Positions 49,510 to 59,785 of a stretch of 64,000 nucleotides of DNA are shown here, piece by piece (positions within the stretch are counted from its first letter, which is position 1; each line of letters opens with the position of its first letter). This stretch comes from Candidatus Multivorans sp. Lineage in GTDB: Bacteria > Acidobacteriota > Thermoanaerobaculia > Multivoradales > Multivoraceae. The notes below the pieces were generated by a model that was not told the origin of the DNA, did no database searches, and saw only the letters and a program-made list of their open reading frames with translations. The translations under genes and the position numbers were made by a program. The stretch is from positions 117,264 through 181,263 of the forward strand of contig CBDCVC010000001.1 in the NCBI GenBank assembly GCA_965222875.1, in the 5' to 3' direction.

Positions 49510-50688
49510 ATGACCGACAGCGATCTTCAAATCTCCATCGAGCAGGACTACCCCTACCTCCGGGATCCGGTGCGCCGGATCTGCGAGCAGTTCCCGGGCG
49601 AGTACTGGCGGCGTCTGGATGCCGCGGCGGAGTATCCGACCGAGTTCGTGCAGGCGCTGACCGAGCACGAGTACCTCGGCTGCCTGATTCCCGAGGAGTA
49701 CGGCGGGTCCGGTCTGCCGCTGCGCGCCGCGTCCGTCGTCCTGGAGACGATCCACTCCTCCGGCTGCAACGCCGCCGCGTGCCACGCCCAGATGTACACG
49801 ATGGGCACGGTGCTGCGCCACGGCAGCGACGAGCAGAAGCAGGAGTACCTGCCGAAGATCGCCAGCGGCGAGCTGCGGCTGCAGGCGTTCGGCGTCACCG
49901 AACCGGTGACCGGCTCCGACACCACCCAGTTGCGGACCACGGCCGTCCGCGACGGCGACACCTACGTTGTCAACGGCCAGAAGATCTGGACCAGCCGGGC
50001 GCTCCACTCGGACCTGATGATCCTGCTCGCCCGCACGACGCCGGCGGACCAGGTCGAGAAGCGGTCGCGCGGCCTGTCCGTGTTCCTCGTCGACCTACGC
50101 GAGGCGCGCGGCAACGGCCTGGAGATCCAGCCGATCGAGACGATGATCAACCACGGCACCACCCAGGTCTTCTTCGACAACCTGCGCATCCCGGTCAGCA
50201 GCCGGATCGGCGACGAGGGCCACGGCTTCAAGTACATCCTGAGCGGCATGAACGCCGAGCGCATCCTGCTCGCCTCCGAGGCCATCGGCGACGCCCGCTA
50301 CTTCATCCGCCGGGCCGTCGAATACGCCAACGAGCGCGAGGTCTTCGGCCGCCCGATCGGCCAGAACCAGGGCATCCAGTTCCCGATCGCCCGCGCCCAC
50401 GCCGAGACCGACGCCGCCGAGATGATCGTCCGCAAGGCCGCCGCCCTCTACGACGCCGGCCGCGAATGCGGCGCCGAAGCGAACAGCGCCAAGCTCCTCG
50501 CCTCCGAAGCCGCCTGGAACGCCGGCGACACCTGCTTCCAGACCTTCGGCGGCTTCGCCTTCGCCACCGAATACGACATCGAACGCAAGTGGCGCGAGTG
50601 CCGCCTCTTCCAGACCGCGCCCATCTCGACAAACCTCGTGCTCACGTACCTGGCCCAGCACGTACTGGGCCTGCCGCGCAGCTACTGA
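49510..50688 (+). CDS. Acyl-CoA dehydrogenase
   Basis: IPEEYGGSG, GVTEPVTGSD, NGQKIWTS, REVFGRPIGQNQ, QTFGGFAF. Confidence 0.93.
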   Translation: MTDSDLQISIEQDYPYLRDPVRRICEQFPGEYWRRLDAAAEYPTEFVQALTEHEYLGCLIPEEYGGSGLPLRAASVVLETIHSSGCNAAACHAQMYTMGTVLRHGSDEQKQEYLPKIASGELRLQAFGVTEPVTGSDTTQLRTTAVRDGDTYVVNGQKIWTSRALHSDLMILLARTTPADQVEKRSRGLSVFLVDLREARGNGLEIQPIETMINHGTTQVFFDNLRIPVSSRIGDEGHGFKYILSGMNAERILLASEAIGDARYFIRRAVEYANEREVFGRPIGQNQGIQFPIARAHAETDAAEMIVRKAAALYDAGRECGAEANSAKLLASEAAWNAGDTCFQTFGGFAFATEYDIERKWRECRLFQTAPISTNLVLTYLAQHVLGLPRSY

Positions 50689-50764
50689 GCCCGGCCGCAG
50701 CCGGCCGGCTGCCAGGTGCGACGCGGCTGCGCCGCGTCGCGGGGGTCGGCGGCTGGCGTGGCGG

Positions 50765-51035
50765 CGTCGGTTGCACCCGCCTTCTCCGGGCCCGAAGGGG
50801 TAAGGTCCCAGCGGAGGCGCCATCCGTGGGCCCGATGACGGGCGCACGGACTGGTTCACGGGTGGCGCGGATCGCGCCACCCGGGTTCGCACTTATCGGA
50901 TGGTTGAAAGGGTAGTGCTCGCTGCGGTCGGCTGCGCTCCGGTTGGGCGTCGGTTACTGGAGGGGCACGGGCCGTCGCTTGCCGACAGCCTCGCTGGGAC
51001 CTGACCCCTTCGGCCCCTGCGCCGGCTGGAGGGCG
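50765..51035. repeat. Long self-complementary repeat, copy 1, with a nested 66-bp palindrome at 50821-50886
   Basis: Aligns with 53148-53347 and the IS-split copy 3; stem 50792-50813 pairs with 50992-51013. Confidence 0.85.
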
Positions 51036-51078
51036 CCGGGCCGGGCCAGGCAGTCGTCCATGGGCCATCGTGGCGAGG

Positions 51079-51957
51079 TCAGTGCTTCGCCCAGTCGGTT
51101 TCCCGGGTACCAGGAAGTCCCGCCTTCTCTCTGAGGCGGTCGATCTCCGCGGCGAGAGCTTCGTACTCCTTTGCAAGCCTGCTGGCTTGGCGGTCCTTGG
51201 TGAAGATCGTCTGGTTGAGGAGCGAGAGGCTGTCGTTTCGGTGGATAAGGAGGGGAGGGTTGGTGAAACCGAGATCGGTCTGGAAGTTCGAGAGCATCTG
51301 GTGGAGCGCGGGGTCTTCGTCGTCGAGGTCCGGCACATTGGAGAGGACGAAGTGGAGATCGATGTGCTGCCGGCGGGGACCCGTTCCCTCCGCCCTGATG
51401 TCGCGGACGATCTTGGTCAAGCCGCGCAGGTTCTGCTGGTTCGGGAAGAAGAAGACGGCGACCGCATTCGGAAGGTGCCGGGTGCAGATCCCGCCGATAT
51501 CGGTGTACCCGGTTCGGCAGTCGATCAGTACATGGTCAGGTTCGATCTCGGCCTGCCATTGGAGCTTCAGGTCCTCGAACAGGAGGTAGCCGTCTTGGTT
51601 CTCGTAGAGGTCGTTCCAGTCGACCGAGGCAAGTCGGGAGGCGTAGCCGCGGTCCTGGGAACCTGAGGGCATGATCCATAGCCCGTCGCCGTTGTTTGCA
51701 AGGTCGGCGGACTTTAGCAGGAAGTGCGCGGCGTCCGGCGCCATGCCGGTGTCCAGGTACTCACGAACGAAGTCGACCATGCCGAGGGTCGATTCGGCCG
51801 GTCGCCCGAGCTCAAAGGTGTCGAGAGCCGGCGCCTCGAGATCGAAGTCCACGATCAGCACCCGCTTGCCCCGGTTCGCAAGGTCGACCGCGACGTTGAC
51901 CAGGGCCATCGTCCGGCCTACGCCGCCCTTGAAGGAGTAGAAGGTCGTGATGTACAT
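51079..51957 (-). CDS. ParA/MinD-like ATPase (KGGVGR variant)
   Basis: TFYSFKGGVGRTMALVNVA, VDFDLEAP, VLIDCRTG. Confidence 0.85.
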   Translation of the reverse strand: MYITTFYSFKGGVGRTMALVNVAVDLANRGKRVLIVDFDLEAPALDTFELGRPAESTLGMVDFVREYLDTGMAPDAAHFLLKSADLANNGDGLWIMPSGSQDRGYASRLASVDWNDLYENQDGYLLFEDLKLQWQAEIEPDHVLIDCRTGYTDIGGICTRHLPNAVAVFFFPNQQNLRGLTKIVRDIRAEGTGPRRQHIDLHFVLSNVPDLDDEDPALHQMLSNFQTDLGFTNPPLLIHRNDSLSLLNQTIFTKDRQASRLAKEYEALAAEIDRLREKAGLPGTRETDWAKH

Positions 51958-51964
51958 CAGGGCC

Positions 51965-52531
51965 CTAGGCGGCTGGCTCCAGGTTGAAGTCGCCCTGCTG
52001 CTGGCGGAGGGCGGCCGTAGCTTCCAGTCTGCGGAATGGACCGGGTGTGTTCACTCCGGGCTCGCGGGCTGGTGCCTGTTCGGAGGCGCCAGGTGTTGCG
52101 AGGCGAACCAATTGAGACCAGCCGGCGGGCGTGCCGAGCAGACGGAGGTACCTGTCGTTCGCCGGGTTCTGGACGACAGTGCCATTCTCCCAGCGGTTCA
52201 GGGTGGCCTCGCCGAGACCGGTTAGTTGGGCGAAGGCGGCGCGTGTGAGCCCGTGGTGCTCGCGAATGCTGCGAACCTCGCTGGGCGCGAGCACGCCGAG
52301 ATGGCGGCAGACGGCGTCGTGCTTGATTCTCTCCGCCTCGTGGTCGAGAAACTGGAACTCACACGCGGTGCAGCGACGAACTGGAAGTTCGACGTGCAAC
52401 TTGACGGCGGTCTCGCCGGAGCCGTAGTTGAAGCCGTGTTCGTGCCGGTAGGTGACGACGGACGGTTCGTCGCATCGTGGGCAGGACGGATCGAAATCGA
52501 CGGTTGCAGTTGATCCGGATTTGGGTCTCAT
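51965..52531 (-). CDS. MqsA-family antitoxin (Zn ribbon plus Xre HTH)
   Basis: CPRC...CTAC, IREHHGLTRAAFAQLTGLGEATLNRWENG. Confidence 0.88.
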   Translation of the reverse strand: MRPKSGSTATVDFDPSCPRCDEPSVVTYRHEHGFNYGSGETAVKLHVELPVRRCTACEFQFLDHEAERIKHDAVCRHLGVLAPSEVRSIREHHGLTRAAFAQLTGLGEATLNRWENGTVVQNPANDRYLRLLGTPAGWSQLVRLATPGASEQAPAREPGVNTPGPFRRLEATAALRQQQGDFNLEPAA

Positions 52532-52547
52532 GGTCGTCGTTGGTCCC

Positions 52548-52931
52548 TCAGTCGTGTTCCGAGTAATGGAAGCTGCGCCCGATGACCTTCCTGGGAGCCA
52601 GTTCGAGCTTCACGTAGAGCTTGGGTGCATCTGGCTCCAGATCGATCTTCATGACATATCCCATGGCGCCCTTGGGTTGTCGCAGCCGGACGATCTCGAT
52701 TGGCTCGCCCTGCTCGATCCGGTCGGCAATCAGCCTCCAGGCGGAGTCCTCCTCGAAGTGCGTGTCGAACTCGGCCCCAGGCCTCCTCACGTCCTCCGGT
52801 CGCCAGTCGATCGGGCGGTCCGGTGTGAAGGAAGACACCCGAGTTCGACGCCGGCGGGCGAGCGCGGCCAGTCTCCCTCTCGTCGACTCGCTGAGACCGG
52901 CGGGTTTTTCCGGGCCATGGCTGGGCGTCAT
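52548..52931 (-). CDS. Putative MqsR-like toxin
   Basis: C-terminal LYVKLEL...GRSFH; directly upstream of the MqsA-like gene. Confidence 0.6.
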   Translation of the reverse strand: MTPSHGPEKPAGLSESTRGRLAALARRRRTRVSSFTPDRPIDWRPEDVRRPGAEFDTHFEEDSAWRLIADRIEQGEPIEIVRLRQPKGAMGYVMKIDLEPDAPKLYVKLELAPRKVIGRSFHYSEHD

Positions 52932-53147
52932 TCACACCGTCCACGATCATATGGTCAGGGACGCCGCCGTTCAACCGACGCAGTCGATCATGTGATTGCC
53001 CGAGGAGCCGCGCTGGGCACCCGAACAAGGCGGCTATGGACATGGACGAAAGGAGACCCACCTACTTAGTCCAGCACATGCTGGGACTGCCGAGGAGCTA
53101 GTGAGCCGGGCGGACGGCAGCCGGCGCGGCGTCGGCCGGCGCGGTGT

Positions 53148-53347
53148 CGTCGGCTGCACCCGCCTTCTCCGGGCCCGAAGGGGAGGGTCCCAGCGGGCGC
53201 TCGCGCTTGCCGGATGAATGGGAGGTTGGCGCTCGCTGCGGTCGGCTGCGCTCCGGTTGGTCGTCGGACGATGAGATACGCAGGCCGTCGCTTGCCGACA
53301 GCCTCGCTGGGATCCTCCCCTTCGGACCCTGCGCCGGCTGGAGGGCG
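53148..53347. repeat. Long self-complementary repeat, copy 2 (about 200 bp)
   Basis: Stem 53175-53195 pairs with 53305-53325; internal hairpin GGCCGTCG-CTTGC-CGACAGCC. Confidence 0.85.
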
Positions 53348-53425
53348 TTGGGCACGAGGCATTCCCACACGGTCTACGTAGAGATCGTCTCTACGTCGAG
53401 TGGTTCCGGCGCGTTGCTCCTGCAG

Positions 53426-53905
53426 CTACGCCACGGGATCGAGCTTCGTTTTCTGGGAGACGACCAACCGCTTGAGAACGGACCAACAGGAGTCGTCATT
53501 GAGCAGCCGCAGATAGCGGTCGTTCGCGCGGTTCTGCGTGATGGCGCCAGTCTCCCAGCGCTTGATGGTCGCGTCTCCCAGGCCAGTGATCTCAGCGAAC
53601 GCGGCGCGGCTCAACCTGTGGCGTTCGCGAATCGCTCGAATCTCCCAAGGAGTCAGCAAGCCGTGGTGGCGGTAGACCGCCTCGGTCCGGATGCGCTCGC
53701 CGACGTGATCGATGAAGTGGAAGTCGCAGGCCTCGCAGTGTCTCACCGGAAGGCGGACGTGGAGTTCCACCGCATCTTCGCCTGAGCCGTAGGTGAGCGT
53801 GTCGTCTACGAGTGTCGTGGTGGCCGACTCCTCACAGTACGGGCAGGCCGGCTCCTCGAGGGCGGAGAAGTCCATCGGGTCTTTAGTGCCGCTCGGCTTG
53901 TTCAT
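53426..53905 (-). CDS. Second MqsA-family antitoxin, no adjacent toxin
   Basis: CPYC...CEAC plus HTH; clear paralogue of 51965-52531. Confidence 0.85.
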   Translation of the reverse strand: MNKPSGTKDPMDFSALEEPACPYCEESATTTLVDDTLTYGSGEDAVELHVRLPVRHCEACDFHFIDHVGERIRTEAVYRHHGLLTPWEIRAIRERHRLSRAAFAEITGLGDATIKRWETGAITQNRANDRYLRLLNDDSCWSVLKRLVVSQKTKLDPVA

Positions 53906-54078
53906 GGATCGGTCCCTTCGCTCGTGTCGTCGTCGATTCCCCTTGGCTTCCGTGCGCCAGCCATCACTCTCCTTCAGGCCAGCGTCTTTGGGGATCGTAT
54001 GATCCCTTGTTCGTGTCCGGCAAAGACGGTGTGATGGCAGCCGGTGCGCCGGTCGAGTCGCTTGCGCCGGGTTGCCGA

Positions 54079-54681
54079 TCAGGCGAGCCGAGTCAGATGT
54101 TTGTTGCATTCGGCTTCGCCGTCCGGGATGGGGATCCCGGCGTAGAGCGCCCGGGCACGTCGCCACAGGTGCCCTGCCTCGTCGGTCCGGCCCTGCATCT
54201 CCTTGAGAAGCGCCAGAGGACGGAGGGCGTTCGCGTAGTCGAGCGCCGGGGGCTCGTCTTCTGCGGCGTACAGGGCCAGCGCCTCGTCGTAGCATGTCTC
54301 GGCCTCGGCCAGTCTCCCGGTGCTGCGATGCGCGTCAGCGAGGTGCCGGACGGCGTGGGCGAGGAGCATCGAGTCGGCTGCCGCCCGCGCGACCGCGACC
54401 GCTTCCTCGTAGCGCGCGACGGCGTCCGCGCGGCGGCCGGCGTCGTGCTCCACGTGACCCAGCCTTCCGAGCGCCGTGACGAGCGCGCGAGGGTCGCCGG
54501 CCCTGCGACACAGGGCCACGGCTTGAGTGAGCCTTCGTCGGATGAGGTCGGCGGCTTGGTCGAACTCGGCTTCGGTGGCCGGCTGCTCCGCCAGAGTCAT
54601 CCGCCGCAGCGTCCAAGCCGCATTCATCAGCTCGTGCGCCTCATCCAGGGGCGAGTTCCGAGTGGGATCGTCATCGCTCAT
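54079..54681 (-). CDS. Tetratricopeptide-repeat protein
   Basis: Repeated AL..LG.......G....A...YEEA motifs. Confidence 0.8.
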   Translation of the reverse strand: MSDDDPTRNSPLDEAHELMNAAWTLRRMTLAEQPATEAEFDQAADLIRRRLTQAVALCRRAGDPRALVTALGRLGHVEHDAGRRADAVARYEEAVAVARAAADSMLLAHAVRHLADAHRSTGRLAEAETCYDEALALYAAEDEPPALDYANALRPLALLKEMQGRTDEAGHLWRRARALYAGIPIPDGEAECNKHLTRLA

Positions 54682-54726
54682 TTTGGGGACCCAGAGTATC
54701 GGGAACTGGCAGAGCCACAGCCCGCT

Positions 54727-56181
54727 CGTCGGTTGCTCCCGTCTTCTTCGGGCCCGAAGGGAGACGGTCCCAGCGGACGCTCGCGCCTGTCGGATGCTTG
54801 GAGGGTAAGCTCTCTGAGCTTGCCCCGGTTTCGTGGACACTTCATCCTTGGAGGAGGAGGTACCCACGATGCCAAGAACAAGACCTCGGTACCCGGCAGA
54901 GTACCGGCAACAGATGGTGGATCTGGTCCGGTCCGGGCGGAGCCCGGACCAACTAGCCCGCGAGTTCGAGCCCTCAGCGCAGTCGATCCGTAACTGGGTG
55001 GCCCAGGCAGACCGGGACGAGGGCCGCCGCGCTGACGGACTGACCACGGCGGAGCGCAAAGAGCTGCGGCGCCTGCGCCGCGACAATCGCCGGCTGCGCG
55101 AGGAGCGGGAGATCCTGGCAAAAGCAACGGCCTGGTTCGCCCGGGAGACGGGACCGAAGGGATCTTCAGGTTCATGAGGGCGCACCAGGCCGAGTTCCGG
55201 ATCACGACAATGGCCCGTGTGCTCGGCGTCTCCACGAGCGGGTACTACGCCTGGTTGAAGCGACCGCGGTCGGCCAGGGAGAAGTCGGACACTGCTCTCG
55301 TCGAGCGGATGCGGGCGATCCATAAGCGGAGCCGGGGCACCTACGGCGCTCCCCGCATTCAGGCCGAGTTGGCCGACGACGGGGTTCTGGTAAGCCGCAA
55401 GCGGGTCGCCAGACTCATGCGAGAGTCCGGCTTGTCGGGCATCAGCCGGCGCAAGCGGCCGACGACAACCCGCCGCGCCGCTTCGGCGCGTCCGGCGCCG
55501 GACCTCGTCGACCGGAAGTTTGCGGCCGAGGTGCCGGACCGGCTATGGCTGGCCGACATCACCTACGTGCCGACGCTATCGGGCTTCCTCTACCTGGCCG
55601 TCGTCCTGGACGTATTCAGTCGGCGAATCGTCGGCTGGGCCATGGATTCGTCTCTCGCGACAGAGCTCGTGCTCGGTGCGCTGGAGATGGCCATCGACCA
55701 GCGCCGGCCGGAGGAGGTCATCCATCACTCCGATCAGGGCAGCCAGTACACTTCCCTGGCCTTCGGGAAGCGCTGCCGAGACGCAGGCATCGCGCTCTCG
55801 ATGGGTTCCGTCGGAGATTGCTACGACAACGCCATGGCCGAGAGCTTCTTCGCCAGCCTCGAGTGCGAACTGCTCGACCGGACGACCTTCCGAAATCGCG
55901 CCGAAGCGAAGACCGAGCTCTTCCGTTGGATCGAGGGCTGGTACAACCCGCATCGGCGCCACTCAGGCATCGGACACCGGTCGCCCATCAACTTCGAAAG
56001 GGCCTACCGCGAAGCCGCCTGAACCCCAAACCTAAACCGTCCACGAAACCGGGGCAACTTCACTCGCTGCGGTCGGCTGCGCTTCGGTTCAATGTCGGCT
56101 TCTATGGGAAGGCAGGTGCCGTCGGTTGCCGACAGCCTCGCTTGGGCCCTTCGCATCCGATCCTGCGCAGGCTGGAGGGCG
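54727..56181. repeat. Long self-complementary repeat, copy 3, split by IS3 (54727-54814 and 56063-56181)
   Basis: Both halves align to copy 2 once the IS is removed. Confidence 0.8.
54815..56062 (+). mobile_element. IS3-family insertion sequence, copy 2 (orfA 54869-55177, orfB 55174-56022)
   Basis: Same IRs, 1248-bp length and translated ORFs as copy 1; 3-bp DR CTC. Confidence 0.95.
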
Positions 56182-56458
56182 TCGTCGCTTTGCGGGCGCT
56201 TTCGTGGCGCTGCCTGTCCCTTACAGGTGAATGCTCGGAGGGTCCAGCGGAGGGACTTGGGTAGCTTGTATCTAGACAAAGGATTCCCCTTATCCCGCAA
56301 CGAGATCCCGCTAGCGGTGTCGCTTCCGGTCCATGCCGAGCGTTACAACTGCCATCAGTTTTCAGCGTGTCCAGATCCCGGATGTTAGGCCAGGCAGCAA
56401 ACTCGTTCCCGCGCCGGTGCAGGTTGCGGCGGGCGGAGCCAGCTATTCGGACGCTGCC

Positions 56459-56701
56459 TCAGTCTCCTTCCGTTGTGGCGACAGACTCAGCAACGTCGGT
56501 CTCAGGTGGAGCGGTTTCGTCATGCTCGATCGCTATAGTCCTGCTGTACATGAAGACGCCACCTGTAGGTCCTTTCTTCGAAGTCTTGGTGTACATGAAC
56601 TCCTCACCTGTTGGTCCTCCTGCCTTCTTTGGGTCGGAAGTATCGCCCTCGTTTCGCGGGGAGCGGGGTTCCGGGGTGGTTTGGTTTTTCTCTTTGGTCA
56701 T
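56459..56701 (-). CDS. Small hydrophilic hypothetical protein with an internal repeat
   Basis: 80-aa ORF; GPTGEEFMYTKT / GPTGGVFMYSRT duplication; lies 55 bp downstream of the membrane gene. Confidence 0.5.
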   Translation of the reverse strand: MTKEKNQTTPEPRSPRNEGDTSDPKKAGGPTGEEFMYTKTSKKGPTGGVFMYSRTIAIEHDETAPPETDVAESVATTEGD

Positions 56702-56976
56702 GGAGCTATCCTCTGACGTGTTGTCGTGGGGAAGCTAAGAGCGCTCTAAGGCCACCTTAGCGAAGGATACCTAGTATTGCGGCGACAAGAAGGGGCAAGA
56801 TCAGAGTTAGCAGCCAGCCAGTCCCGAGTGCCAAGTGCTTCATTCGGACATCGTTGCGCTGCCGATTGTGATCGGCGCACTCACAGTATTGCAGCTTGAG
56901 CCACCGGGCACGCTCCTTAAGAGCCTTCTTGACAGGCTCTTCCGGGTTCATGGTGGATCTGGCGTAGATTGGGCGT

Positions 56977-59468
56977 ATGCGTGACACAGACTGAAGTTGC
57001 CCCGGTTTCGTGGACGGTTTAGGTTTGGGGTTCAGGCGGCTTCGCGGTAGGCCCTTTCGAAGTTGATGGGCGACCGGTGTCCGATGCCTGAGTGGCGCCG
57101 ATGCGGGTTGTACCAGCCCTCGATCCAACGGAAGAGCTCGGTCTTCGCTTCGGCGCGATTTCGGAAGGTCGTCCGGTCGAGCAGTTCGCACTCGAGGCTG
57201 GCGAAGAAGCTCTCGGCCATGGCGTTGTCGTAGCAATCTCCGACGGAACCCATCGAGAGCGCGATGCCTGCGTCTCGGCAGCGCTTCCCGAAGGCCAGGG
57301 AAGTGTACTGGCTGCCCTGATCGGAGTGATGGATGACCTCCTCCGGCCGGCGCTGGTCGATGGCCATCTCCAGCGCACCGAGCACGAGCTCTGTCGCGAG
57401 AGACGAATCCATGGCCCAGCCGACGATTCGCCGACTGAATACGTCCAGGACGACGGCCAGGTAGAGGAAGCCCGATAGCGTCGGCACGTAGGTGATGTCG
57501 GCCAGCCATAGCCGGTCCGGCACCTCGGCCGCAAACTTCCGGTCGACGAGGTCCGGCGCCGGACGCGCCGAAGCGGCGCGGCGGGTTGTCGTCGGCCGCT
57601 TGCGCCGGCTGATGCCCGACAAGCCGGACTCTCGCATGAGTCTGGCGACCCGCTTGCGGCTTACCAGAACCCCGTCGTCGGCCAACTCGGCCTGAATGCG
57701 GGGAGCGCCGTAGGTGCCCCGGCTCCGCTTATGGATCGCCCGCATCCGCTCGACGAGAGCAGTGTCCGACTTCTCCCTGGCCGACCGCGGTCGCTTCAAC
57801 CAGGCGTAGTACCCGCTCGTGGAGACGCCGAGCACACGGGCCATTGTCGTGATCCGGAACTCGGCCTGGTGCGCCCTCATGAACCTGAAGATCCCTTCGG
57901 TCCCGTCTCCCGGGCGAACCAGGCCGTTGCTTTTGCCAGGATCTCCCGCTCCTCGCGCAGCCGGCGATTGTCGCGGCGCAGGCGCCGCAGCTCTTTGCGC
58001 TCCGCCGTGGTCAGTCCGTCAGCGCGGCGGCCCTCGTCCCGGTCTGCCTGGGCCACCCAGTTACGGATCGACTGCGCTGAGGGCTCGAACTCGCGGGCTA
58101 GTTGGTCCGGGCTCCGCCCGGACCGGACCAGATCCACCATCTGTTGCCGGTACTCTGCCGGGTACCGAGGTCTTGTTCTTGGCATCGTGGGTACCTCCTC
58201 CTCCAAGGATGAAGTGTCCACGAAACCGGGGCAAGCTCAGACTTGTACGGTCGGATTCTGGGCATCGAGAGTCCATGGGATGTGACAGGCGTCGAGCTTC
58301 GGCTTGAGGCCGGCGAGGTGGAAGTGTTCGTGGCTCGCGGTCGTGGCGAGTCGTACCGTTGTCCGGAGTGCGGCGGCGCGGCGACCCGGCACGACTCCCG
58401 TCGTCGGCGCTGGAGGCATCTGCCGACGTGCCAGTACCGGACGATTCTGACGGCGGACGTTCCTCGCGTGCGTTGTTCGGAGCACGGCGTGCGGACGATC
58501 AGCGTGCCGTGGTCGGACGCGGGCTCACGTTTCACGGCGTTGTTCGAGGCTCTGGTGATCGACTGGCTGGGCTCGGCGAGCATCTCGGCGGTGGCTCGGC
58601 TGCTGGACCTGAGTTGGGATCAGGTGTCCGGAGTGATGAAGCGCGGGTTGGAGCGGCGCGGTTCGGCGCCGGCATCGAGGGTTCTCGGCGTGGACGAGAC
58701 GTCGTTTCAGAAGCGCCACGAGTACGTGACGGTGGTGGCGGACATCGAGGGCGCGCCGCGTGTGCATCACGTGGCGGACGGTCGGGGCAAGGACGCTCTG
58801 TCTTCGTACTTCGAGTCGTTGTCGGAGGCTGAGCGGTCGAAGATCGAGACGGTGGCGATGGACATGTGGCCGGCGTACATTTCGGCGACGGTGTCCTGCC
58901 TGCCGGACGGCGCCGAGAAGATCGCGTACGACAAGTTCCACCTCGCGGCTCATCTCGGCGACGCCGTGGACGAGGTGCGCCGGGAGGAGCACCGGCAGTT
59001 GCGCAGCCTGGGCGCCGAAGGCCTGACGGACACGCGCTACCTGTGGCTGTACCACCCGGACCGGGTGCCGGAGCGCTCCTGGGGCCGCTTCAAGGAGTTG
59101 ATCGACGGCACGTCGAAGACGGCTTGCTGCTGGCACCTCAAAGAGGTGGCGATGATGATGTGGGAGACACGGGACCGCGCCGAGGCGCTGGCTACGTTCA
59201 GGGGCTGGTACTCGTGGGCGATCCGCAGCCGGCTCGAGCCGATGAAGCGCGTCGCGCGAATGACCAAGGCACATCTCGACGGCCTACTCAACGCGATCGA
59301 ACGAGGCGTCACCAACGCCCGCCTCGAAGGCATCAACTCCGTCATTCAGTGGCTCAAGAAATCAGCCCGAGGCTACCGAAACCGAGACCGCTTCCGCACA
59401 GCCATCTACTTCCATCTCGGCGGCTCGACCTCCACCCCCATTCACTCATATTCCACACGAAACCCTGA
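56977..59468 (+). pseudogene. ISL3 transposase, split after codon 5 and frameshifted near the C-terminus
   Basis: MRDTD|LYGRILG; CPEC, LGVDETS, VAMDMW, YDKFH, TNARLEGINS; native tail LDLHP..HTKP is in another frame from about 59424. Confidence 0.88.
56992..58239 (-). mobile_element. IS3-family insertion sequence, copy 3 (orfB 57032-57880, orfA 57877-58185)
   Basis: Same IRs, length and ORFs; 3-bp DR GAC. Confidence 0.95.
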
Positions 59469-59785
59469 AGAGCCTCTTGACATTTTGTTCCGGCGGGTAG
59501 GCTTCAAGGTCGGTAAGGAGAGGGATGTACCGGTAGGGCTGACCGACCAAGGCCCGCACCAGATAGTACGCGGCTACAGCAAGAGGTACGGATGAGGCAG
59601 CTAGGAGGCTTGCGACAAGTGTTTCGTAGGAGTCCAAGGGCACGGTGAGGTCGCGGAATGCAAGAGGGGTAAGGCCCACCAAGAGAACTAGAAAGCCGAG
59701 CAGTGCTCGGGCCTTTGACACGAGACTATCGATGACGCCAATTTGATGGTAGTACTCTTGTCGGTATGAGGCAAAGAGACGCTCG

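Larger units (their letters stand above)
56935..59474 (+). mobile_element. ISL3-family insertion sequence, itself interrupted by IS3 copy 3
   Basis: IRs GGCTCTTCCGGGTT..GTGGA / TCCACACGAAACCCTGAAGAGCC; 8-bp DR TCTTGACA. Confidence 0.93.

Noticed and set aside
50765-56181. Integron attC sites
   Set aside because: No RYYYAAC...GTTRRRY ends were recognised, the repeats are longer than typical attC, and no integrase is in the window; kept only as an analogy
5860-58239. Composite transposon bounded by IS3 copies
   Set aside because: Each copy has its own matching 3-bp DR, indicating independent insertions
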